A stretch of DNA of 64,000 bases from Tubulanus polymorphus (taxonomy: Eukaryota > Animalia > Nemertea). The stretch's first letter is position 1; every line of letters begins with the position of its first letter. The position numbers were made by a program, and so were the translations under genes. Of this stretch, positions 34,566 to 45,707 are shown one piece after another. Where the stretch lies: positions 4,196,778-4,260,777 of the forward strand of contig NC_134030.1 of assembly GCF_964204645.1 (NCBI RefSeq). Reading direction: 5' to 3'. The notes below the pieces were generated by a model. The model was not told where the DNA came from and searched no databases. It saw only the letters and a list, made by a program, of their open reading frames with translations.

Positions 34566-37500
34566 ATGGTTGTCAGAAGCTGTTGTGGCGTTCAGCAAGA
34601 AATCGCTTCGGAAAATGTCAACGGTTCAGCAGGAAAGGAGTTGATAGTACAAAATGAATCGTGCGACAGAGGAAAAACAGAGCATAAAAAAGAGAAATGG
34701 GGAAGCGACGTGGAGTTTTTTCTCTCTTGTCTCGGGTATGGAGTCGGTCTTGGGAATATTTGGCGTTTTCCGTACCTGTGTCTACGGAACGGCGGAGGTA
34801 AGCAAAATGAATATATATATAGTTGGCCCCGTTGATTGAAAGATTTTATCTATTTTATTTCTAACATTACTCGGCGAATTTAACCATAAAAATGGTCGGA
34901 TACCGATTTCTTATAAATTTTGATATAGATCGCTGAATTTGGAGTTAACTCATCGTAATTTCATTATAATGTAGGTGCGTTTTTGATCGCATATTTCACG
35001 TTCATGGTCATTGGAGGAATACCGTTATATTTTCTTGAACTATGTATTGGTCAATATTCCGGTAAAGGTCCGATAGCAGCTTTTGAAGCGCTGTGTCCGA
35101 TGGCTGCTGGTAAGAACTGAGTCATATTTAGTGTTTTTTTGGCCATGGTCAGATATTCAATTAGTTCATTATTACAGGTTTAGGATGGGCAATGTTGATA
35201 CCCTCAGCATTCTGTCTAGTTTATCTCAACAGCATCATGAACTGGATTCTGTATTATTTTGGTATGACATTTACTAGCTGGGATCCGGTTTGGGGGCGCT
35301 GTGATAACGTTTGGAATACCCCGAATTGTGTGGTTACCGGGCAGCAGTCGGTCAATCAGACAAACCAAACAGCGATGATGAACGAAACAACCACCAACTA
35401 CTCACCATCAAATATCAGTTTCGTGTCGTCGAATGAATCATCTTCGAAACCGATGTCATCAGGGGAGGAGTTTTGGCAGTACGTTGTCAGAAAATATTCG
35501 CTGTCTCATTTGCAATTTGTAGAATATATGAAACATCTTAAGAGTTTTATCGGTATTTCGTATCCATATCGCACTGGTTTCAGGTACAACGTTCTAGAAT
35601 TAACTGATGGAATTGGTAATTTTGGTGGATTTCGTTGGGAGTTGATCGTCTGTCACGTGGCTGCTTGGTTTATTGTTTATGTGTGCATGTGCAAAGGAGT
35701 AAAATCTTCTGGAAAGGTAATTTGCTTATAAAAATTAGAAGCCTACATTCTAGTTAGTTAAACTATGTAGACGTCACTGTTTGTTGAAGTCAAAATCATT
35801 GAAAAAATGGAAAATCATCACAAAATTACTGCCATATTTTGCCAAAAATGAAATTTCATTACGAGGATTCTTACGAAATGATCAATTTCAGCGATTTTGC
35901 ATGGTTTAGAGTTTTCGATTCAGGTTATTTATGTGACGGCGACCGCTCCATATGTTTGCCTGATCGCCTTATTAATAAGAGGTGTTACTCTTCCGGGGGC
36001 TCTAGATGGAATCATGTATTACATCGTACCTGACTGGAGTAAACTTCTCTCCGTCAAGGTAAATCATTATCATTAATAGAAATAGAGCAAATACGTCTGC
36101 TGTTAAATGTTAAAGAAGAGAACTATATTGTATCGTAGATCTGGGCTGAAGCATGTTTGCAGATATATTACTCAATCGGTCCAGGTTTCGGTGGTCTGAT
36201 TACAATGGCGAGCTACAATAGATTCAATCAGAATATCTATCGGCGAGTAGTTTTTTCTATTTTAATATATTCCCCACATCACTTACATTTTACTAAAATG
36301 TTCGTTACATTTTACAGAGACGCTATAGTTATACCAGTGCTGACTTGTCTAACTAGTTTTTTCGCCGGGTTCGTCACATTTTCTATTATCGGTCATCTAG
36401 CACACCAGGCTGGTGTAACGGTTAGTGAGGCCATTACTTCTGGTAAGTTTTTCTATTATGCATCGTTAAGACGAATGCTTTACTAACTCAGTCGCCGACT
36501 TGCATTTAGCAGAATGCAAATATACGGCTTCTGTTGAATACAATTTAGAGAGCTCTTCAACCAATTGTTTAGATTTCTTCACCGCAAAAATTGTATTGCT
36601 TTTTATGTGGGGCGTATACCGTGCGAAATATGCTTACATGCTTGACATTGTGTTGACATTTTGCTTATACATTAGGTCCCGGTCTGGCGTTCATTGTTTT
36701 CCCGATGGCCATCTCCAAAATACCAGGAGCGGCGATCTGGTCGGGTTTATTTTTCATCATGCTGATAACCGTTGGACTCGATACGCAGGTAGATTGTGTC
36801 CTCGGACTGAGTAGCATGTTTAGAAAAGGAATAACGGATTCGTGATAGCTCTGTCAAAGGCGGCCTTCTCTAGTAAAAGGGGTCTAATAAATCTGCATTT
36901 TTTAAGTCAACGTTTAACAAGACCTACGATATGTTCTAGTATCCATCAATACGCATTCGTTTGATCAGGATTCCAAGACAAAAAAACTTCATCTAAACCA
37001 GAATTTGAACAATAGTGAAATGATTAAAAACACATTTTTTTAAGCCTGTATGCCTGCCATCTGATTAATCAGCTGTTCAACTTTTTCATGTGATATGTTT
37101 GCAATTATTATTTTTCAATATTTAGTTTGTCATTATGGAAACTCTGATCACGGCTTTGACGGACAAGTACAAGATTTTAGGGAAGCGAAAATCGCTGTTT
37201 ATTCTGGTCACCGTCATCGTATGTTTCCTGATCGGTTTTCTATTCTGTTGTCGGGTAGGGATTCTAAGATCTTCATGTATGAGATACTTCATTTAAAGGT
37301 TTAAAAAAGATATTCAGGAAATGTAATATGTCCTTTAATCTGCAACCCGTAGAGCGTTCACCATTCTAGCATGGAGTCTTTTTGAAAGCACATTCATTGA
37401 TTAAAACATCTAATATTTGGTGGTCGTAGTTGATTCCCAGTTATCATCAATGTCCTCTACGATCACAAATTGAGAGAATGACGATGAAGTATTGAATGTC

Positions 37501-38501
37501 TTAATCGAAAAAGATTGGTGCCAAAATTTATAAAGAGATCTATTTCTTTAAATGGGAAAAATGAAAATAAAATTTTTTTTCGCAGTTTGAATATTTTCCA
37601 CACGAAACCATCAAAACATTGCAGAATTCCGGGAGGCGCTTCCGTACGCCAATATATTAAAAAGGACCTTAGTTGACATGCTTCGTAAAATACATATTTT
37701 CTCTTAGGGAGGCATGTATTGGTTTCAATTATTAGATTGGTACACTGGTATGTTCACTTTACTCATTGTATCTGCGGCAGAAAGCATAGTTGTAGCACAT
37801 ATATACGGTAAGCCTGTTTGGCTAACTAGTTATAATTTCCACCGTGATTGGTCAAATTTTGCTCGAACAATTTTGAAATTAGCCTCAAAGGAGAGAATGA
37901 CCGTATATGTAAATCACATTATCTAAAATTGCAGGAATGAACAGGATGTATACAGATATAGAAGCTATGATTGGATACCGTCCGTCGTGTTTCATGAAGG
38001 TATTGTGGTGTTCCGTTACTCCTATTGTTACCGTGGTAAGTTTGAAATTTTCAAAGGGATTTGATGTTTCAACTGCATATGAATGTTTAATTAATATATC
38101 GGCATATATTTTGCTAGGCTGTGCTGGTATATGTTATAGTACAGCAAGTACCAGCCTACTATGGTGACTATTTCTACCCTGATTGGGCTGTTGGTATTGG
38201 CTGGTTTATCGCTACAATTTCAACCGTTCCCATACCATACTTCATTTGTAAAGAGCTTTATCGCAATACCGGAACACTGAAAGAGGTAAGACAGTTTAGA
38301 ATCACAATTAATTTTTGGAATTCCGGACCTTGTCCTCTTTTGGCTCAACTGATATCTCAATATTCTGCATCGTTTTTCCAGAGATTCAAGTATGGGATAA
38401 AACCGACTGAAGCTTGGGTAGCAGCAACTAACCCGATTGAAGACGATACTCTCCATTTATCGATGGTAGAAATGAAAACGATACCGGTTTCGAGCAGCTG
38501 A
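34566..38501 (+). CDS. SLC6 transporter, array copy 4, 13 exons (one GC-AG intron)
   Basis: Same exon series and motifs; intron 6 (36243-36317) starts GCGAGT where paralogues have GTGAGT; stop TGA ends at 38501. Confidence 0.9.
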
Positions 38502-38850
38502 TAAAAAACAGCCGCATCGACGTTTCGTATAAATATATAGATATTTATACATGTTGCTTTATTCAGCAAATGATATAATCATTCAAATAAATTATCTCAA
38601 AGTATTAACAAAAATCATTTAGTCATTTCTACAGAGGTGAGCCTGTCCAAAGATGGATAAAATGTAGCGGCATTCCGACAAAGAAAAGGTTTTTACCTGT
38701 GTACAAAAAGATAATATCGCATGTGCCGTTGGGGACCTCAGTCTTCTTCTTCTTCTTCCGATATCTGTCAACATCAACTGGTTGATGAAACACAGTGTAT
38801 AGGTGTGCGCAAATAAATATATACAAACATTACTAATAAATTTAGTATTA

Positions 38851-39075
<225 letters not shown>

Positions 39076-39411
39076 ACATCTTATAACATCTGGTGACGGG
39101 CGAGTATGAAAATTACATATATATCATTGAAATCGATCATCATAGGAATTTTACGAAAGTTTGTGACGTAGAGACGACTGTAGCATTGAGTAGTCTGTCT
39201 TCAGAGACCCTTAGTGCCTGTGATCACTACCGTGGTCCCTCATTCAAGTGCGTTAGCACGGATTGCCGGATTAGGTGAAGATCTAGGATATTCAACTTGA
39301 AATGTCAGGCAACAATCTTAACAGTTTAGTTGCTATGTGCCCTACTCATATTAGCTCATGTTCCTTACTCCAGACCCACCGACCCGGGTGGCTGATTTTT
39401 TTTCTTTCAGC

Positions 39412-40492
39412 ATGAATATTCTTGCGGATAGCTTCAAAAAAGCTATAAACATATTGTCACTGAAGAGAGACGCGGACGGCTCCTCAATAGAAACAGATTC
39501 CGAATTAAATCCATATAAACGAGATGTGAGACGATATGAAGGCATTCTTCAAGATGAAAATGCATCTTTCAAAGATAAAATTGATGCAATTCGACAAATC
39601 GGACATAACGCCTACACCGGTATTATTCACTATAATGAAATTATGAACTGTTAGATACATTAATTGAAATGATAAAAATGCAGTGCTTAGTGATTATCTA
39701 TATAAACTATTTAACACACAGACCTACTATACTTCATTTTGTAAAAACATATTTAAGGTGGTACGGAAGTGAGCAAGTTCGTTGGGGTGCAGGTTCTGAA
39801 TGATTTGCTGAATATCATGAAAGAAGGTGACCCTCCGCTTGGCAACGGCATCAAAATACAAGTCATCAAATCGCTATCGGAGATTCTTCATCAGTGTAAG
39901 GACAATCAAGAAAAACTTCGCAAGAACGCCGGCGCTTTGGAATGTCTGATCGACGCTGTCGGAGATCGAGGCAATAAGAAAATGTGTCGCTGGGCGTGTT
40001 ACACGTTAGCCACGATAATGGCTGATAACGTTCCGCTGATGAGGGATATCCTGCGTACGTAGAGTTTAGTTCGGTTATTGCCTGATTTATAGGATAAAGT
40101 TATATATCCTGAATTCAGTGATACCGATTTCTTTTGCGCAAATTCATTACTGACTAATTGTATTCGCAGAACTGGAAAATGTGGAATTAAAGTTGCGTAA
40201 TGCGGCACTATTACCAGAAGAAGAATGGGACGGATGGCCGGAAAACTACGCCGAAGTTATGCTACGTCTATTGGGGCTTCCACTACCGACCAAACTGTCA
40301 GCCAGCACTGAAGAACTACTGCGACAAAAAGAAGCCATGATTCGAGAAGTTCGTTCGAATATTCGAGCAGGTCGTAGCGGCGAGGACACTGACGGCAAAG
40401 TCTCTATTCCGAAAACCGCTGCTGAAGCTTCTGCCGGTGCGACCCTGCGCACACTGACACCAACCAAAGGCATGAATCTACTTCATTTGTAA
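39412..40492 (+). CDS. ARMH2: Armadillo-like helical domain protein, ARMH2-like, 3 coding exons
   Basis: Exons 39412-39619, 39758-40054, 40170-40492 (phase 1/1). QIGHNAYTGG, IKIQVIKSL, RWACYTLATIMADN and EEWDGWPENYAEVMLRLLG parallel ARMH2 motifs as I recall them (KIGLLAFTGG, FWTCYVLSVM, ENWSGWTENFAEVL). Confidence 0.72.
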
Positions 40493-40636
40493 AATCATTT
40501 AACACAAAACTGTTGAAAACGTCGCTGCTTCGACTTCGATGTATGAAATGTTGATTTTTTCTAACGTTTAATGTCACTGACGTAAATTATCAAAAGTGTT
40601 ACTTCAATCCTGTTACGCCGCTACGTGCTGTTTATG

Positions 40637-43453
40637 TTAGTAGAGTTCTTCTAAATATAACCCGGTTTTCTTTTCGTTACCTTCTTGTTCGTTTGGCCTT
40701 TCATTCGCAACACCGACGCGCGATGCTGTCCTCGTTTTCACCTTAGTGAACGATTTTACCGCGAAAACAATAATGAACTCCAGTATCTCATAAAGGCTCA
40801 GAATACTGGCTCCTAAACAAAACCCCAGCTGCCCACCAATATCACCTGAAATAGATAAAATAGGATACATCCATGACATAAACATGAAAATCTTAATCGT
40901 ACAATGCAGTAATGATTGAACTTTTTTACCCTAAACTCACTGGGCCCCATTAAGAAAATGTTTGCAGGTTCAATGTTTCATTTGCCCTGCTAAGGAGAAA
41001 GAGAATAAAGCTTCGACTAAGAAACTCTGTCACCACTAGGATTCGAACTCATGAACCCTGGAGAAACCAGCGACCGATGGTTTAAACCACTCTACCACTT
41101 AGAAATCATTCAACCGACTGCTGAGACTAAAGTTAGATTCATTCTTAGAGAGGATCGATATCATACCTATAAGTTGCTGCCATTCGTATTCCGGAACCTG
41201 TCGGATGCTATCGTAATTCAGTTCTTCGAAATATACCCTCATATCAATGAAATTATTCCTAGTTATGAAAATAAGACGTTACATACAAACGGTAAATACA
41301 AAACTAGTAGAAAACGCTGTACATTCAGCCCTCGAGATATACCGCCCTCCCATTTACCGCCAACCTCCCCCCCCCCCGGGCCTACCGCCAGGTTCTTTCA
41401 ATGTACATCTATATACGAATACATAGTTAAACACCCCCGATAAACCGCCATACCCTCTTAACCGCCAAAATCGCTCAGCATCGATGTGGGCGGTATATCG
41501 GGGGCTGGCTGTATATAGTATTTACCTGGCAAAACTTTTTGAGATATTTCTTGTGTCGGAAAAGTACTTCGCAATTCGATTCGAAGGCATGAGAGCTGAG
41601 GAGACTTGAACACGATAGTTGGTCACAGTACACGGTGGGATGCAATATGGATTGCATGCATAATCAGACACTTCTGAAATATTGATGAATGAAATGTCTA
41701 TATCTGCTTCATACGTACATGTATTTCAAATATCAATCTCGCCAACAAGTTCCAACCTGGTTTTGCGATATCTACACAAGTCACAAACTGTTCCATGGTG
41801 CATGGTTTATATTCTGGAACAGAAAAATCGAATTTGATGGAGAAAAAAAACTGTGAAAAAAATCTCATAGATAGTAATATATAAACAATCAAGCAACGAA
41901 AGTATTTCTGACAATAACTTAGGTAAGATGATAACAGTGGCTACCCTTGGCTTATGAATTCAATACACTCATGTACCTATCTGAAAGACAAACAGCGCAT
42001 CGACTATATGCTTACTTGGGTCAGGAACGTTGTAAGAGCAGTTACAAATTTCGAATATTTTCTTGAGGAAACATTCCCGACGACATGAGCTGTGCGAGTA
42101 GTGCTTGAAATATTTCAACGGATTCTTGATAGTCGGATCGGACATATTGCGACACATTCCACCTTCGTAAGGAGCGGGAAGATAGTTTATCTACATCGAA
42201 AAAAATATTTATAGTTGAGCGTTTTTCTCTCTTATCCCACAATACTTACTCATAATTCAGGATTCATTTATCTGAGAGAAATATCAGGTTTGATTTATAC
42301 GAAGAGGAGAAATTAGTTTCACGTGACAGGTTGACAGCGCGCCTAGCGGATCATAAATTGCCACAGTAGCATCCACATTCATACACGCACCTTCTGAGCG
42401 CGAACTGCCGCTAATAGTTCGACACCGGGTTGAACAGCGAACCCAAACTCTCCAATTAATGGTTCTTCTATTTGATTGTGTACCAAAACCTGAAAATGTT
42501 AGACGATCATACATTTCATGAGCCCAAACGTACTCGGTGTTTTTCTTAATGCGCACGGTTTCTAAAATAAGAAACCAAAAAAGAATTTCTTTTGAATTGA
42601 TAGAGATTACCTTGATTCCGGCAGATAGTCCAACGGATGCCGCGTATTCATCTTGTTCTACGAAAACTCTCAACCATAAACCGTGATCGCTACCGGAAGA
42701 TGTCGTTGTTAATAGCTTACCGCCTTTACGAACTCGCTCCAATGAATTAAACGTGTAGCACTTACCGAACGCTGTTAGACGTTCAGTAAAATATTCCGAA
42801 CAATTGATTAATGAGTCTAACCATGAACACCTGTTAAACAGAACATCCATTTTGTGTCCGCCCTTGCGCAGCACATCGTCGTAAGTAAAGTTCCGAAAAT
42901 CCTGCAAGGTGGCGTTGCTGTACGTATATCGAAACCCGGCCGGTGGAAAGTCAGCGATGATTTTGAGGCCCGGCTCGGACATTAAGTAGCTCAAACGTAA
43001 ATAATTTAGGTTACAAACCGTAACAGCAGGGAATTGCAATGGACTTTTGTATTCTAGTGTTACTTTGGTACTTACAGGCCTCCTTTGGAATACTTGTACG
43101 CGCGGATAAATCATGAAACTGCAAAAAAAGATCGACAACAGAATCGCCGTTGCCCAAATAATCCTGAAATAAATCATAAAGAAACATTATGTGAGGATGT
43201 ATCGTACTGGCCTGCTCTATGAAATTTAACATCAAAAAAGATCGAGCAAAGACGTTATATTTTAAATCAAAACAGAAAAATTAACGGATGCATTTCGAAC
43301 GTACTTTCGCAGGCCCGCTATCTGATAGCCACCGATATATTTAACCCCGTGAACCGAGCTTTCCTGACTGTAGTTAGTGAGCGTTTCTTTAATACTCGTA
43401 TCTGAACGCTCATTGTCGTCGGTGATCTTACGACGATCATCGGCATCTTCCAT
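40637..43453 (-). CDS. DEG/ENaC family channel, ASIC-like, 8 exons
   Basis: Approximate exons 43453-43305, 43163-42611, 42489-42391, 42190-42016, 41813-41757, 41673-41526, 41258-41167, 40845-40637 (alternative in-frame ATG at 43489). HG motif (SSVHGVKYI), FPAVTVCNLN, FGKCYTFN, Cys-rich thumb, GDIGGQLGFCLGASIL with GAS filter. Confidence 0.92.
40965..41100 (-). mobile_element. tRNA-derived SINE-like fragment in the last DEG/ENaC intron
   Basis: Minus strand: A-box-like TGGTAGAGTGG (~41097-41087) and B-box GAGTTCGAATCC (41050-41039) with tRNA-like spacing but no full cloverleaf; 3' boundary approximate. Confidence 0.55.
41319..41514. mobile_element. Tc1/mariner-type MITE copy (same family as 4135-4299)
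   Basis: Ends TACATTCAGCCCTCGAGATATACCGCCC / GGGCGGTATATCGGGGGCTGGCTGTA; internal ACCGCC repeats; homologous to the opsin-intron copy. Confidence 0.7.
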
Positions 43454-45537
43454 TATAGAGTACACGAAGTAACCTCTAGAGTAATCCACGATGAAGTTGA
43501 AATCACTTTATATACCAACAGAAATAGATGTAATCTGCAAGATCGTGCCTGATGTGACCCTCGAAATTTCCGTGTCTTTTTTACAAGAAAAGTAAAAACT
43601 ATTTCATCCTCATAAAACTTCCACTTCCATTCGAATTAGTAAATGATATCTAGTGTGCTAACGAATGAATAACAGAGATTTGGAGAAATGAAGTTTACAC
43701 CGACAAGAGCTGTACTGAAATATACACTATCTGTGGTTAATGTCACTTGTACCTCGAATACATATAACATTCGATGCTGAAAATCACACCGTTACAATAG
43801 ACGTGGGTGATTTTTCACGATATGCGCAGAAACATTAAAAGCATGGTAAATAACGTCCATCTATGCGAATAAAACAGAGTTCATGTAGCAGAGGGCAAAA
43901 TACACACCTTATTTTGCGGTTGCTATGCTATGTACAAACAAAGAGGAGGCCCAGTGGATATAGGAGACATTGATGCTAAAATGTTTGAATGAATGATCAC
44001 GGAAAACTCGTGGTAAAACCTTTTAGTTAAACGACAGAAAATACCAGCAATAATTACTGTGGATTTTTACCTTATGTCGACAAACAACCCGAAAACTAGA
44101 ATTGAAGAGTATACCATTTCCTGTCAGGCTCAACGGGATGCTAGAAAATACATCTGGTTCATCGCATACCGTGTCGCTTGTCGGTAATTCAGTAATTACT
44201 AGTTTCTCATGTGTCGACTACAAACAAATATATTGACTGTCCTTCAGTCGTTTCTAACCATATCTCCGACGAATGGGCGGAAAAATTAATGATGCTCTTT
44301 GGCTCGATTATAGGCTCGATTAGTAGACCAGGTCGTTTGCAATATAACGGGTTGCTTCACACGGTGTGAATACCTACAGATGATACTGAAAAAATGCCAT
44401 GAAAGTAAAACAAACTGAACTCTCTCGGTCTGTTTTGTAAGGTGGCCATGCAAGCCACGTTTACAGTCATGAACAACACGCACACACACACGTGTTCGCA
44501 TTGGTATGCAACGAAAATCTTTGTCTTAAAATCATGTTGAAGCAACTCAGATTCGTTCAGAGACCCATTTCACAAATAGATACATATTGTGTGGTTTCGA
44601 TAGAATCGAAAACTAAGTAGGGTTAGCAATTTGTGATAGCTTGAAGATTCTCCGAGTATCGACTACAAAAATTATCAATTTATAAAGCGACGCTTCTGCG
44701 CCACTTGAATTTTCTACTCCATCTCAACTGAACGTGCGTCGTCGATTGCTCTCGGCGAAAAACGGATGGATCTATTTATTTCGAAGTACCATCAAAAAGC
44801 GCGTAAGATGATTCCGAACTCTGAACTACCCTCAGCTCACGAAACAGAATATTTTCTACTGAAGATCAGCGAAGATTCTAAATGCGATGAATGACATAAT
44901 TTGAGTGCGAGCAGATTAAATTCTCGCAAAGCACATTGATGAGTAGACTCTTCTCAAAATGGATATTGGAAAATTTTGCAGAAAATGATGCAACTGTAAA
45001 ATTTAAATAGTTTAGTTTTTAGTTTGCCATAACTTCGATAATTCTATGAATATGAATATGACATTTCAAATTGACAAAAAAAGGAACTTGGTTTCAGTGT
45101 TTTTTGAAAATGATCTGCAGATAACGTGGATCAGCTCCTTTGATATATCATGTATGTCATAGCTATAGAAGAAAAGTTAAAGAAGTATTTAACCAAGTTG
45201 CCGATAATAAACTCTTGATTATTCGAAGTACGTGATATGATGCGTGAGTAGATTATTTACGGCACCCGATCCGATGTAATAAATAATGTAACGGTTTTTA
45301 TCGTTAATTTGAATATTGGATTTCACTTTTCGTTAAGGGTTTCGAGTCGGTAGTTAATGCATTTTTGTCGTTTAAGTATCGGATATTACTGAGCGATGAT
45401 ATTCTATGTGAGAGCATCGTTAAACGCATTTTGTCCGTTCTGAGAAATGGGTAATGGTTAACACAGCCGATCGATTTTGCTGAAATAATGCTGGCTAATG
45501 GAAAGACATACAAACAAATTCAGAAATATGTACAATA

Positions 45538-45707
45538 TGCACAAGGTTCCAGCGCCTATTTCTATGTACAGCATGTTGGCTTGCGCTGGATGCCTCGTAA
45601 CCGTATTAGAATAAGCGAATAATAATTTATTTTCGTAAACCGGTTATGAGGTATCCAGTGCAAGCCAACAGGCTGTACATAAAATTAAGGCGCTGGAACC
45701 TTGTGCA
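45538..45707. repeat. Long inverted repeat (~66-bp arms, ~36-nt AT-rich loop)
   Basis: TGCACAAGGTTCCAGCGCCT...GCCTCGTAACCG pairs with CGGTTATGAGGT...AGGCGCTGGAACCTTGTGCA. Confidence 0.85.

Noticed and set aside
17241-38501. Labelling the SLC6 copies as GlyT2/SLC6A5 or as monoamine transporters
   Set aside because: TM1 has Gly rather than the monoamine Asp, and key binding-site residues deviate from GlyT2; orthology cannot be assigned without a tree
41030-41100. tRNA gene
   Set aside because: A and B boxes present but no convincing acceptor or anticodon stems; treated as a SINE head
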